Source: Candidatus Rokuibacteriota bacterium (GTDB taxonomy: Bacteria > Methylomirabilota > Methylomirabilia > Rokubacteriales > CSP1-6). From it: DNA of 64,000 bases. The stretch spans positions 50,315 through 114,314 of the forward strand of contig VGLJ01000006.1 of the NCBI GenBank assembly GCA_016866775.1, read 5' to 3'. This document shows, piece by piece, positions 22,181 to 36,747 of the stretch. The position numbers and the translations under genes are program-made. Position 1 is the stretch's first letter. Every line of letters starts with the position of its first letter. A model generated the notes under the pieces. The model searched no databases. It had not been told where the DNA came from and saw only the letters and a list, made by a program, of their open reading frames with translations.

Positions 22181-23013
22181 TCAGCCTTTGAGGTGCGCGC
22201 GGATCGCGTCGAGCGCGAGCGCGTTGTCGCCGAGCAGGACCGTGTAGTGATTCGTGCGCGGCACGACGACGAGGCGGCAGTCGGGGATCGCGTGCGCCAT
22301 CGCCTCGGCTTCGTCCTGGGTCATCAGGCAGTCGTCGTCGCGCAGGAGCCCGCCGGGCGCGCGCAGCAGGAGCGTCGGCACGCGGACGCGGTGATGCCAG
22401 ATCCAGAGACGCGTGCGCTGCAGGGCGGCCACGTCCTCCTCCACGGCGTGCTTCGCCACTTTCGAGCGTACGCCGCCACCCGGGCTCGGCTCGACGTCGT
22501 ACGTGAAGTAGCGCGTGAGGTGCTCGTTCCAGCGGCCGGTGAAGAACGGCAGGCCCTTCATCAGGCGAGAAACGCGTCGAGCGACGGAAACTCGACCCCC
22601 AGGCGCCCGATGCTCGGCCCGAGAGCGTCGAGGATCTCCGCCCGCACGTCGATGCCACCGTCGAAGAGGACGAGCCTCGAGACGCGCTCCGGATGGTGCG
22701 CGGCGAGGTGCACGGCGATGTGCGCGCCGAGCGAGTGGCCCATGATGACCGGCTGCTCGAGCCCGAAGCGGTCGAGAAGCCCGAGGAGATCGCGGGTGTG
22801 CGCGGCGAGGTTGTAGTCGACGGCGGGCTTGTCGCTCTCGCCGCGGCCGCGCAGGTCGTAGGCGATGAACCGGGACCCGGGCGCGAGCGCATCGGCCACC
22901 GGATACCAGCACGTGTGGTTCGCGGTGAGCCCGTGGACGCCGACGATCGTCGGCTCGCCGCCCGGCCAGACGCGGACGGCGAGCCCGACCTCCCCGGCGC
23001 TGATGCGGTCCAC
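22181..23013 (-). CDS. Alpha/beta hydrolase (frameshift near 22563)
   Basis: HGLT, DLRGRGES and GHSLG. The C-half (PTLLLRA...TNHY) is in an adjacent frame. Confidence 0.8.
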
Positions 23014-23017
23014 GGGG

Positions 23018-23713
23018 CTAGTACGTCCCCGGACGGATCTTGGTGTAGAGGTCCTTCAGCTTCTGCGCCGTGAACCCGGCGGACCGGCAGACGCCGATGA
23101 TCTGCCGCTCGTCCGCCTCGATCTTCGCGACGGCCTCCGGGATCTTTTCCGCGATCTCGTGCGGGATCGTCGTGGCGCCGTGCTGGTCCGCGTGGACGAG
23201 GTCGCCCGGCTTGATCCAGAGGCCGCCGACCTTCACCGGGATCCCGAAGTCGACCATGTGGACCCACGCGTGCGAGACGGAGACGTGCGCGGCGGCGAAC
23301 TGGAAGCCGAGCCCCTTCACCTCGTCCAGGTCGCGCACCGAGCCGTCGGTGAGCACGCCGACGCAGCCGAGCGCCTTGTGGATGTTCGCCTGCACCTCGC
23401 CCCACTGGGCACCCTGGCCGCGCGGATCGTCGAGGTCGTGGACGACGATCACGCGCGGCGCGGGGATCGTCTGCACGTAGTCCCACCAGCCGTACGTCGA
23501 CGCGCGATGGTCCTTGATCGGCTCGTGCTCCGCGCGGATGAGGCACGGCACCGCGTAGCCGACCATCGGGCCGAGCTCGGGGAACAGGCAGCGGATGTCC
23601 GACGAGACGTTGCCGACCTGCCGCCCGCGGACCTTGAACGTCTCGATCGCGTTGGCGACGCTGGGACTGGTGATCTTCTTCAACGCTTCGATCACGAGAG
23701 CCTCCTTGGACAT
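23018..23713 (-). CDS. RraA/HMG-aldolase family protein
   Basis: WGEVQA, TDGSVRD, PGDLVHADQHG. Confidence 0.88.
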   Translation of the reverse strand: MSKEALVIEALKKITSPSVANAIETFKVRGRQVGNVSSDIRCLFPELGPMVGYAVPCLIRAEHEPIKDHRASTYGWWDYVQTIPAPRVIVVHDLDDPRGQGAQWGEVQANIHKALGCVGVLTDGSVRDLDEVKGLGFQFAAAHVSVSHAWVHMVDFGIPVKVGGLWIKPGDLVHADQHGATTIPHEIAEKIPEAVAKIEADERQIIGVCRSAGFTAQKLKDLYTKIRPGTY

Positions 23714-23724
23714 GGGGCCCGCCT

Positions 23725-23764
23725 TTGGACATGGGGCCGCGCAACTGGCGGACCCCAAACCCCT
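23725..23764 (+). repeat. Dispersed palindromic repeat, copy A (with flanking partial duplications)
   Basis: TTGGACATGGGGCC...GGACCCCAAACCCCT is near-identical to the reverse complement of 55021-55060. Confidence 0.7.
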
Positions 23765-23789
23765 CTGGAAGACCCCAAGCCCCTCTGAC

Positions 23790-24427
23790 TCAGATGGCGT
23801 TCTTGCGTTGCCGGAGGAGCAGCTGCTTCAGGTTCTCGACCGTGCTGCGCACGCCCTCCATGTTCGGGTTCACGGCGAGCGCCCGCTCGAAGTAGTCGAG
23901 CGCGCGCGCCGGCTGGTCGAGCTGGATGTAGATCATGCCGTAGCCGCTGAGCGCGCCGTAGTGCAGGGGATTGCGCTTGATCACCTCGTCGCAATCCGCG
24001 AGCGACTTCCGGTACTCGCCCATCAGGTAATAGGCGGTCGCGCGCTTGTTCCAGCCCTCGGCGAAGTCCGGATCGCGCTCGATGATCTTCGTGAACGCGG
24101 CGACGGCGTCGGGCCACCGCCCTTCCGTCAGCGCGTGGGTGCCGGTCTCGAACAGGCGCGCGATGTCCTGGTTGCCCGAGCGGCTCCAGATCTCCCAGAG
24201 CGCGCGGTCGGCGAGCACGCGCACGCCGTAGTCGGGGTCGCGCAGCGCCGTCACGAGCCGCGGGACGTCCGCCATCGTCCCGGCGTCCGCGAGCATGCGA
24301 ACGGCGCGGCGGCGGCCTTCGGCATCGTCGCGATCTTCGAGCATCTGCAGCACGTCGTCGCGGGGCGCCGCGCCCGCGGCCGACACGAGCGCGAGCCACG
24401 CCAGGCACACGATCCATCCCCACCGCC

Positions 24428-24431
<4 letters not shown>
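23790..24431 (-). CDS. Secreted HEAT + TPR repeat protein
   Basis: Signal peptide plus TPR motifs AEGWNKRA and HYGALSGYG. Confidence 0.85.
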
Positions 24432-28670
<4,239 letters not shown>

Positions 28671-28674
28671 CGCG

Positions 28675-29259
28675 TCAGTCGATCACGCGGTCCGCGCGCA
28701 GCAGCACCGCATGCGGCATCGCGAGGCCGAGCGTCCTGGCGGTCTTGAGGTTGATCACCCGCTCGAACGTGCTGGGCTGCTCGATGGGCAGCTCGGCGGG
28801 TCTGGCGCCTTTCAGGATCTTGTCCACGTAGGCGGCGGCGCCGCGGAACATCCCCGGGAGACTCGGCCCGTACGTCGCGAGACCGCCCGCCTCCGCGAAC
28901 CCGCTCAGCTCGTACACCGCCGGCACGCGATGCTTGATCGCCGCGCTCGCGAGCGGCGCGCGATGGGCCGTGAGGACGGGATCACCGAACGCGAGCAGCG
29001 CGCCGGCACGCGCCCCGGCCGCCGCCTGCAGGACGCGGTCGAAGTCGTCGGGACCTCGAGCCTCGAGGGGCTGGAGCGCGACCCCGATCCGCCCCTGCCG
29101 AAACGCTTCGACCGTCGGCGCGGATTGCGCGGGCGATCCCGTCGACAGCACGGCGACGACGGGGAGCTTCTTCGCCGGCTGGGCCTCGGCCGACGACGTG
29201 ATGACGACGAGCAGGATCAGGCAGAGGCCGAAGCGCGTCGTCGTCTGCCTGCGCGTCAA
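28675..29259 (-). pseudogene. ABC substrate-binding protein with a large internal in-frame deletion
   Basis: The N-terminal ...VEAFRQG joins directly to IGVALQPLEARGPDD...YVDKILKGARPAELPIEQP...INLKTARTLGL. It is 194 aa versus roughly 320 aa typical for the family. Confidence 0.65.
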
Positions 29260-30224
29260 CGCGTCTGCGGAGGGACGCCCGACTTCGCCTGCGCGATCAG
29301 CTTCACGACGCGGTCGCGGTCCTCGCCCGGCGGGGCCACCGCGATGAACTTCTCCCACGACGCGATCGCGCCCTTGGCGTCCTTCTTCTCCTCGAAGAGG
29401 ACGTGGCCGCGGTAGAAGAGCGCCGGCGGATAGTTCGGGTCGAGCCCGAGCGCGCGATCGAAGAGCTGGATGCCGTGGTCGACGAGCCGCGTGCGTTCGG
29501 CGCCGTCCGCCGTCATCACGAGCAGCAGCCCGAGGTGCGTCAGCGCGTCCACGTTCTTCGGATCGCGCTTGAGGATGGCCTGGTACGCCATCGACGCTTC
29601 CTGCATGCGGCCCGCGAAGAGGCTCTGCCGCGCAGCGCTGAGCATCCCTTGCAGCATGCCGGGATCGAGTGGACCTCTCCCGCCTCCGGCGCCGGGGGGG
29701 CCCGGCGGCGCGCCCGGGCCCGCGGGCGCATCCAGCGACGCCAGCGGGCGTGAGCCGGGCATCGGCTGGTTCGCGGTCTGATCGGGCTCCGTGTAGCGCA
29801 CGATGCCGACGCCGATGCCGATGCCGAACACGAGCAGCGCGACCGCGCCGGCGCCGAGCGCGAGGGGATGGCGCCACGCCGCGGGACGCGCCGCGGTGAC
29901 GGCCTCGGGCGCGGGGCGACGGGGAGCGCGCGGTGCCGGCTCGACGCCGATGCGGTCGAGCTCGGTGAGCACGGCCGCCGTCTCCGCCTCGTAGCGCGCG
30001 CGCAGCTCGGCGTAGTCGTCGTCGGACACGTGACCGGCGTCGTGCTCGAAGTCGAGCTCGCGGAGCGCACGGAGCGCGGCACTGCGGCGCTCGAGCAGCG
30101 GCTCGCGCGGATCGGGAGGCAGCGGCAGCAGCACCGGCGCGCCGTGGCGGCGCAGGAGCGGCCACGCCACGAACAGCGCGAGCGGGATCGCGATCGCCGC
30201 GGCGGCGATCAGCACCCCGGTCAT
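29256..30224 (-). CDS. ccmI: CcmI/CycH-like TPR cytochrome c biogenesis protein
   Basis: TM helix, LRELDFEHDAG...YAELRARYE, a second TM helix and TPRs, in the ccm operon. Confidence 0.75.
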   Translation of the reverse strand: MTGVLIAAAAIAIPLALFVAWPLLRRHGAPVLLPLPPDPREPLLERRSAALRALRELDFEHDAGHVSDDDYAELRARYEAETAAVLTELDRIGVEPAPRAPRRPAPEAVTAARPAAWRHPLALGAGAVALLVFGIGIGVGIVRYTEPDQTANQPMPGSRPLASLDAPAGPGAPPGPPGAGGGRGPLDPGMLQGMLSAARQSLFAGRMQEASMAYQAILKRDPKNVDALTHLGLLLVMTADGAERTRLVDHGIQLFDRALGLDPNYPPALFYRGHVLFEEKKDAKGAIASWEKFIAVAPPGEDRDRVVKLIAQAKSGVPPQTR

Positions 30225-30697
30225 CGCTCGCCCTCCAGCTCGAGCTCTTTGCGGATGCGCTCGCGCATCGCGGGGTCGATCGCCGGCCGGGTCGCGGCGG
30301 CCGCGACGCGCTCGCGACGGCGCGCCGTCCACCGGCGCACGACGATGGCGAAGATCACCAGCCCGAGCGCGACGGCAATGAGCGGGGCGCCCCAGACGAG
30401 CCAGTTGAATCCCTGCTTGCGCGGCGAGAGCAGGATCCACTCGCCGTACTTGTCGACGAAGAACTGGAGCACCTGCTCGGAACTGTCGCCCGCTCGGAGC
30501 CGCTCGCGCACCATCGCACGCATCTGCTGCGCCATCTCGGACGGCGAGTCGGCGACGGAGAGGTTCTGGCAGACGACGCAGCGGAGCTGCGACGCGACCT
30601 CGTAGAGCCGCGGGTCTTCCACGTTCGTGGCCGGCGGCTGCGCGAGCGCCGGCGTCGCCGCGAGGAGGACGGTGAGGAGGAACGCGAGGCGCGTCAT
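30221..30697 (-). CDS. ccmH: Cytochrome c biogenesis protein CcmH
   Basis: LRCVVCQNLSVADS and YGEWILLSP. Confidence 0.93.
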   Translation of the reverse strand: MTRLAFLLTVLLAATPALAQPPATNVEDPRLYEVASQLRCVVCQNLSVADSPSEMAQQMRAMVRERLRAGDSSEQVLQFFVDKYGEWILLSPRKQGFNWLVWGAPLIAVALGLVIFAIVVRRWTARRRERVAAAATRPAIDPAMRERIRKELELEGER

Positions 30698-31227
30698 TTC
30701 GCTTCGGCCAGCAGGCGGTCGACTTCGCGCTGGAACACGGCGTCGGTCACCGCGCCCACGTGCTTGGCGCGAATGCGCCCGCGCGCGTCGATGAAGAAGG
30801 TCTCCGGCACGCCGTACACGCCGTAGTCGATCGACACCTTGCCCGTCGGGTCCAGCGCGTTGGGGAACGTCAGCGAGAACTGCTCGATGAACTTGCGTCC
30901 CGCGTCCGGCTTGTCCTGGATGTCGACCCCGAGCACCATCACGCCGCGGTCGCGGTACGCGCGCCAGTTGCGCTCGAGCACCGGCGCTTCTTCGTAGCAC
31001 GCGGGGATGCACCACGAGGCCCAGAAGTTCACCACGACGACACGGCCGCGATGGGCTTCGAGGCTCATCGGCTCGCCCGCGTAGCTCGTCAGCGTGAACG
31101 CGGTCGCGGGCCGACCCACGAGCGGCGAGGGGATGTCGCGGTGGTTGACGCGGAAGCCGTACGCGAGCAGCGCCAGGACAGGCAGCGCCGCCACGGGGAG
31201 GAGCCAGCGCAGGGACCGCCGCTTCAC
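30694..31227 (-). CDS. ccmG: CcmG/TlpA thiol:disulfide oxidoreductase
   Basis: NFWASWCIPAC and YGVPETFFID. Confidence 0.85.
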   Translation of the reverse strand: MKRRSLRWLLPVAALPVLALLAYGFRVNHRDIPSPLVGRPATAFTLTSYAGEPMSLEAHRGRVVVVNFWASWCIPACYEEAPVLERNWRAYRDRGVMVLGVDIQDKPDAGRKFIEQFSLTFPNALDPTGKVSIDYGVYGVPETFFIDARGRIRAKHVGAVTDAVFQREVDRLLAEAK

Positions 31228-33170
31228 GCGGGTTTCTTCCGGTCCGGGAGGATCGCGAGGAGCGTCCCGAGGGTCAGCACGACGCCGCCGATCCAGATCC
31301 ACGACACCATGCGGTTGACCTGCACCTTGACGGTCGCCTGCGATCCGTCGCGCTCGAAGTCGCCGAGGACGAGATAGAGGTCCTCGACCCAGCCGAGCCG
31401 ATAGTCGACGTGGGCGATGGGCGACTGCTCCTGCGGATAGAACTTCTTCGCCGGGCGCATCTCGCGCGGGGCGATGTTGCCGTTCGTGACCTTGAACGTG
31501 CTCTCCACGAGGAAGTGGTTGCCGGCATCGCGCGCCGCCAGCCCGGCGAACTGGAACGTGTAGCCGGCGAGCTCGACGGCTTCCCCCTTCTTCAGCGTCG
31601 CTTCGCGATGGAGCGACCACGCCTGCGAGCCCGTCACGCCCACGGCGATCACGAGGATGCCGAGGTGGATCGCGAAGCCGCCGTAGCGGCGGTTGTGACG
31701 CACGAGGAGGCCGCCCATCGCCGGCAGCAGACCTTCGCCCATCCGCAGGCGCGCGCGCGTCGCGCGCACGAAGTCGACCGCGACCGTGGCGGTCACGAAG
31801 ACCGTCAGCGCCAGCGTGAGCACGGCGAGCGTCGAGCGGACGCCGGCCGCGAAGATGATCGCGGCCGAGACGATCCCGATGGCGATCGGCCACAGGAAGT
31901 TCCGGCGCAGGTTGTCACGCGAGGCGCGGCGCCACGCGATCAGCGGGCCGACACCCATCAGGAAGAGCAGGCCCAGGAAGAGCGGCACGGTGACCTGGTT
32001 GAAGAACGGCGCGCCCACGCTCACCTTCACGCCGCGCACGGCCTCGGACAGGAGCGGGAAGACGGTGCCGAAGAACACCGTGAACGTGGCCGCGACGAGC
32101 AGCACGTTGTTCAGGAGGAACGCCGACTCGCGCGAGACGACCGAGTCGAGCTCGCCCTCGGCGGCCAGCGCCTCCCACCGCCACGCGAGCAGCGCGAGCG
32201 AGACGAGCACGACGAGCGACAGGAAGCTCAGGAAGAAGACGCCGATCGCGCCCTGCGTGAACGCGTGCACGGACGCGATGACGCCGGAGCGGGTGAGGAA
32301 CGTGCCGAACAGCGTGAGCGCGAACGTCATGATCACGAGACCGATGTTCCAGAGCTTCAGCATCCGCCGCCGCTCCTGGATCATCACCGAGTGCAGGAAC
32401 GCGGTGCCCGTGAGCCACGGCATGAACGCGGCGTTCTCGACGGGGTCCCACGCCCAGTAGCCGCCCCAGCCGAGCACGTGATAGCTCCACCAGCCGCCGA
32501 TCAGGAGGCCGAGCGAGAGGAAGTACCAGGCGACGATCGTCCAGCGGCGCGTGAGGGTGATCCAGCGGTCGCCGACGCGGCCCGTCGCCAGCGCGCCCAC
32601 CGCGAACGCGAACGGCACGGTGAAGCCCGTGAAGCCGAGGTAGAGCGCCACGGGATGCGTGATCATCCCGGTGTCCTCGAGCAGCGGGTTGAGCCCGCGG
32701 CCGTTGGCGGGAATCGGCGTCATGCGCTCGAACGGCGGCGCCGGCACCGCCATCACGATGAGGAAGAACGCGGCCACGCCGAGCATCGTCGTCAGCACCC
32801 AGGGATAGAGCTCGCGCGCGTTGTGGCGGTGGCGCAGGATCACGATGAGCGTGTAGAGCGCGACCATCCACGCCCAGAGGATCAGCGAGCCCTCGAGCGC
32901 GCCCCAGAGCGCCGTGATCCGGAAGTAGTACGGCGTCTGGAGGTTGGTGTTCATCGCCACGTAGCGGACGGAGAAGTCGAACGTCAGGAACGAGTAGATG
33001 AGGAGGAGCATCGCGAACGTGACGAGGCCGAACACGCCGAGGGCCGCGTGCTGTGCCGACTCCAGCAGCGCCGTGCGCCCCGTGCGCCCGCCGATCGCGG
33101 AGACGAGGGCGCCGTAGATCGCGAGCAGCCCCGCGACGATGATCGCGCCGTGGCCGAGCTCGGGCGTCAC
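31224..33170 (-). CDS. ccmF: Heme lyase CcmF
   Basis: WGGYWAWDPVEN, LTRSG...SVHAF. Confidence 0.95.
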   Translation of the reverse strand: MTPELGHGAIIVAGLLAIYGALVSAIGGRTGRTALLESAQHAALGVFGLVTFAMLLLIYSFLTFDFSVRYVAMNTNLQTPYYFRITALWGALEGSLILWAWMVALYTLIVILRHRHNARELYPWVLTTMLGVAAFFLIVMAVPAPPFERMTPIPANGRGLNPLLEDTGMITHPVALYLGFTGFTVPFAFAVGALATGRVGDRWITLTRRWTIVAWYFLSLGLLIGGWWSYHVLGWGGYWAWDPVENAAFMPWLTGTAFLHSVMIQERRRMLKLWNIGLVIMTFALTLFGTFLTRSGVIASVHAFTQGAIGVFFLSFLSLVVLVSLALLAWRWEALAAEGELDSVVSRESAFLLNNVLLVAATFTVFFGTVFPLLSEAVRGVKVSVGAPFFNQVTVPLFLGLLFLMGVGPLIAWRRASRDNLRRNFLWPIAIGIVSAAIIFAAGVRSTLAVLTLALTVFVTATVAVDFVRATRARLRMGEGLLPAMGGLLVRHNRRYGGFAIHLGILVIAVGVTGSQAWSLHREATLKKGEAVELAGYTFQFAGLAARDAGNHFLVESTFKVTNGNIAPREMRPAKKFYPQEQSPIAHVDYRLGWVEDLYLVLGDFERDGSQATVKVQVNRMVSWIWIGGVVLTLGTLLAILPDRKKPA

Positions 33171-33616
33171 TTCTGGTCGCTCCGCAGGGACTTCATGAGC
33201 TCCTGGTACCCCGGGCTCGCGGCGTCGTGCGGCGCCTTGTACTCCTCGGAATGCTTCGCCATGATGAGCGTCGCCTGGAAGTAGCCTTCGGACATCCACG
33301 TGCCCTCGACGACGGCGCCGCGGCCTTCACCGAAGAGATCCGGGGCGGTGCCGTGGTGACGAACGGGGACCTTCGCCTGGCCGTCGGACAGCGTGAACCT
33401 GAGATCGAGCGTGGCGGGCTTCCAGTTCACGCTGCCCTTCTCCACCATGCCGCCCAGGCGGTAGGCCTTGCCGGTCTTCGCGGCCGTGTGCAGCTCCGAC
33501 GGCGTGACGAAGTAGACCGCCGACTGCGTCACGCCGGCGTAGATCATGTACGCGAGGGCGAGGGCCAGCACGGCGATCCCCGCCACGAACTTCGGCTTGA
33601 GCGGGAGCCCTTTCAT
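33167..33616 (-). CDS. ccmE: Heme chaperone CcmE
   Basis: PDLFGEG and AKHSEEY. Confidence 0.93.
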   Translation of the reverse strand: MKGLPLKPKFVAGIAVLALALAYMIYAGVTQSAVYFVTPSELHTAAKTGKAYRLGGMVEKGSVNWKPATLDLRFTLSDGQAKVPVRHHGTAPDLFGEGRGAVVEGTWMSEGYFQATLIMAKHSEEYKAPHDAASPGYQELMKSLRSDQK

Positions 33617-33756
33617 CGTCCGGCGCTCCGTCTACGCCGCAGCGTCGGCGTCTTCAAGGTGCGTTCGAGATGCACGAGCCGGCGCCAGTACCCGCCGAGC
33701 GCGAGCACGGCGACGGCGTAGGCGGCGGCGACGAAACCCCAGTGGTCGGATGTCAC
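33613..33756 (-). CDS. ccmD: Heme exporter protein CcmD
   Basis: 47 aa, HWGFVAAAY followed by a TM helix and a basic tail, between ccmC and ccmE. Confidence 0.8.
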   Translation of the reverse strand: MTSDHWGFVAAAYAVAVLALGGYWRRLVHLERTLKTPTLRRRRSAGR

Positions 33757-34400
33757 GCGGTGGCCTCTTGCTGCGCGCGCAGCAGATCGTAGCGCTTGGC
33801 GATGAAGTAGGCGCAGAGCAGCAGCAGCCCGACGAAGTTCACGAGCAGCGCGGCGCCGATCGCCGACGAGGCGGCGGCCGGTCCGGGCTTGGCGAACGTG
33901 GGCGGCTGGTGGAGCGTGCGCCACCAGTAGACCGAGAAATGCACGAGCGGGATGTTCAACGCGCCGACGATGCCGACGACCGCGGCGAAGCGGGCGCCGC
34001 GCTCGGGATCGTCGGTCATTTGCCGGACGAGCAGGTAGCCGATGAAGATCACGAACACGACGGCGACGCTGGTGAGCCGTGCGTCCCACGTCCACCACGT
34101 CCCCCAGGTCGGCTTGCCCCAGATGGCGCCCGTTGCGATGTTGACGCCGAGGAAGACGACGCCGACTTCCGCCGCGGCGTGCGCCGTCCGGTCCGCGGCC
34201 GGCGCCCGCGACCAGAGATAGGCGACGGAGCCGAGCAGGACCACGAGGAACGCGAGGTAGGCGACCCACACGGCGGGGACGTGCACGTACATGATCCGCT
34301 GCACGTTGCCCTGGGTCATCTCGCGCGGCGCGACGAGGAACGCCATCACGAGCCCGGCGAGCACGCCGAGCATCGCCACCACGCCGAGCCACCGCGTCAT
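33753..34400 (-). CDS. ccmC: Heme exporter CcmC
   Basis: YVHVP, WGKPTWGTWWTWDARLT and TLHQ. Confidence 0.95.
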   Translation of the reverse strand: MTRWLGVVAMLGVLAGLVMAFLVAPREMTQGNVQRIMYVHVPAVWVAYLAFLVVLLGSVAYLWSRAPAADRTAHAAAEVGVVFLGVNIATGAIWGKPTWGTWWTWDARLTSVAVVFVIFIGYLLVRQMTDDPERGARFAAVVGIVGALNIPLVHFSVYWWRTLHQPPTFAKPGPAAASSAIGAALLVNFVGLLLLCAYFIAKRYDLLRAQQEATA

Positions 34401-34407
34401 CGCGCGC

Positions 34408-35085
34408 TCATCCCTCGAGCAACACGTCGAACGTCAACAGCCCAACCACCACGTAGATGACGTCGGCGGCGACCAGCAGCTTCAGCCAGTGCGACACGAC
34501 GCCGAGCGGCTCTCCGGCGAGCAGCGCCTCGGTCGACTTCACGATCGCGAGGAGCACGGGGACGAGCACCGGCAGCAGCAGCACGGGAAACAGCAGCTCG
34601 CGCGCGCGCACGTGCGCCGTCATCGCGCCGAAGAGCGTGCCGACCGCGGCGATGCCGAGCGTGCCGAGCGCCAGCACGAGGAGCAGCCCGGGCAGCGCGC
34701 GTCCCACGTCGACGTTCATGAACAGCGTGAAGAGCGTGAGCACCACGGCTTCAACCAGCGCCATCAGGAGAAGGTTGCCGGCGAGCTTGCCGACGTAGAC
34801 GGCGCTCTTGTCGCCGGGCGTGAGGAGCAACGCCTCCCAACACTCGTTCTCGCGTTCGAGCACGAAGCTACGCCCGAGCCCGAGCAGCGCGGCGAGCAGC
34901 ACGCCGAGCCACAGCAGCCCCGGCAACACGGACGCGAGGCGGTCGCGATCCGCGCCGAGCGTGAACTCGAAGACGAACAGCAGCAGCACCGAGAAGAAGA
35001 GCACCGCGTTCACGGTCTCCTTCGAGCGCCGCTCCGCGAGCACGTCCTTCCACACCACCGCCCACGCGCGACGCACGAACGTCAC
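34408..35085 (-). CDS. ccmB: Heme exporter CcmB
   Basis: Six-TM permease with ELLFPVLLLPVLVP, in the operon position expected for ccmB. Confidence 0.9.
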   Translation of the reverse strand: MTFVRRAWAVVWKDVLAERRSKETVNAVLFFSVLLLFVFEFTLGADRDRLASVLPGLLWLGVLLAALLGLGRSFVLERENECWEALLLTPGDKSAVYVGKLAGNLLLMALVEAVVLTLFTLFMNVDVGRALPGLLLVLALGTLGIAAVGTLFGAMTAHVRARELLFPVLLLPVLVPVLLAIVKSTEALLAGEPLGVVSHWLKLLVAADVIYVVVGLLTFDVLLEG

Positions 35086-35813
35086 GACGCGTCCTCCGTG
35101 TGCAGCGCGTAGAGGCGATGGATCTCCTCGGCGCCGAGCGTGCCGCGCGGGGTGTCGGCGATGATCCGGCCGTTCGCGAGGATCACGAGGCGCTCGGCGA
35201 CGTCGAGCTCGCGCCCGAACGCGTGCGTCGCCATGAGGATGGCGCCGCCGCCCGCGGTGAAGGCGTGCAGGTATTGCTCGAGCCACTTGCGCGCGCCCTG
35301 GTCGAGGCTCGAGAAGGGTTCGTCGAGCAGCAGCACGCGGGGGCGGGCGAGCAGCATGCGCGCGAGCGACAGCCGGCGCTTCATGCCGGCGGAGAACGTG
35401 CGCACCCGCACGTCGGCGCAGTCGTCGAGCTCGACCTGTGCGAGCGCGCCCTGCAGCGCCTCGGGATCGGGCCGCTCGCCGGCGAAGCGTCGCCAGAACT
35501 TCAAGTTCTCGAGCGCCGTGAGGTCGTCGTAGAGATGCGTGCCGTGCGCGACCAGGCCCACGAGGCCGCGGACGCGCTCCGCCTCGCGCGCGCAGTCGTG
35601 CCCCGCGATCCGCGCGGCGCCGCGCGTGGGCCGCGCGACGGTCGCGAGAATCTTCAGGAGCGTGGTCTTGCCGGCGCCGTTCGGACCGAGCAGCCCGACC
35701 GCCTCTCCGGCGCGAATGCTGAGGTCGACGCCGTCGAGCACGAGGGTGGTCCCAAAAGCTTTCCGGAGGCCGGTGACCTGAATCAGGGCATCAGACGTGG
35801 TCAAGCCGGCCAA
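35082..35813 (-). CDS. ccmA: Heme exporter ATPase CcmA
   Basis: GPNGAGKT, FSAGMKRR and LLDEP. Confidence 0.9.
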   Translation of the reverse strand: MAGLTTSDALIQVTGLRKAFGTTLVLDGVDLSIRAGEAVGLLGPNGAGKTTLLKILATVARPTRGAARIAGHDCAREAERVRGLVGLVAHGTHLYDDLTALENLKFWRRFAGERPDPEALQGALAQVELDDCADVRVRTFSAGMKRRLSLARMLLARPRVLLLDEPFSSLDQGARKWLEQYLHAFTAGGGAILMATHAFGRELDVAERLVILANGRIIADTPRGTLGAEEIHRLYALHTEDAS

Positions 35814-36625
35814 TTGTCCCTTAGCGCCACGGAACCGTCAAGAAACGCAGGCGATTTCAGTGCGCCCGCGAGCACGTACAGCACCGCGGCCATTTCGACG
35901 GCGGAGCCGACGCTCCACATCAAGATCCCGCCCCAGCGCTGGTCCTCGACGGGCGAAATGCCCCACGCCGGCGCCGTCGTCGCGTACGTCGCGTAGAGCG
36001 CCTCGGGGCGCGTCGACAGCACGAGCCCGAGCGCCGCGCTCTGCAGCGCGCCGAGCACGAGGTACGCGACGCGCGCGGCGGGATGCGGCAGAGGTGCGAG
36101 GCGCGGTCCGGGCGCGAGCACCGGCCACCAGAAGAGCACCGCTGTCGCAAAAAAAAGAACGTGCTCGGCATCGTGGAGCGCACCGGACCGCAGCGCGGCG
36201 TCGTACGGCCCAGGCAGGTGCCAGAGCCACAGGACGACCGCGTACAGCGGCCACGTCACGGTCATGTGCGTGACGCGCGCGAGCGCGCGACGGAACGGAT
36301 GCCCGCCGACGAAGAGACCGCCGACCGCGCGGCGCACGCGCTCAGGGAGTCCCCACAGCGCGACCGGGAACGGATCGGCGAGGAGCAAGGCCGGCGCCGC
36401 GATCGACACGAGCAGCAGGTGCTGCGCCATGTGCGCGGCGAAGAGCGCGTGACCGAGCTCGTGGACGGCATCCGAGAGCGCGAGGCCGAGCGCGGTGAAC
36501 CCGGCGGCGGCGGCGGTCAGTCTCCCGGCGCCGATCCCGGGCCGGCGGCGTCGCCGCAGGTGCCACGCGCCGCGCAGAAAGAGCGCGACCACGATCGCCA
36601 GCGGCAGCGCGACTTCAACGCGCAC
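35801..36625 (-). CDS. ctaG: CtaG-type cytochrome c oxidase assembly factor
   Basis: HMAQHLLL, WHLP.PYD, HDAEH and DQRWGGILMW. Confidence 0.88.
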   Translation of the reverse strand: MRVEVALPLAIVVALFLRGAWHLRRRRRPGIGAGRLTAAAAGFTALGLALSDAVHELGHALFAAHMAQHLLLVSIAAPALLLADPFPVALWGLPERVRRAVGGLFVGGHPFRRALARVTHMTVTWPLYAVVLWLWHLPGPYDAALRSGALHDAEHVLFFATAVLFWWPVLAPGPRLAPLPHPAARVAYLVLGALQSAALGLVLSTRPEALYATYATTAPAWGISPVEDQRWGGILMWSVGSAVEMAAVLYVLAGALKSPAFLDGSVALRDNWPA

Positions 36626-36643
36626 GGCATCTCGCCGCCGTCG

Positions 36644-36745
36644 TCAGCGCCACGGCAGCCAGCTCCCCACGACGTTGTAGGCGAGCGTGCCGAGCAGCAC
36701 CGCGACGTTCAGCCAGGAGAGCGCGATGAGGCATCGCTCGGGCAC
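36644..36745 (-). CDS. Putative 33-aa single-TM peptide
   Basis: MPERCLIALSWLNVAVLLGTLAYNVVGSWLPWR fills the operon gap with GC3-rich codons. Confidence 0.45.
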   Translation of the reverse strand: MPERCLIALSWLNVAVLLGTLAYNVVGSWLPWR

Positions 36746-36747
36746 GC

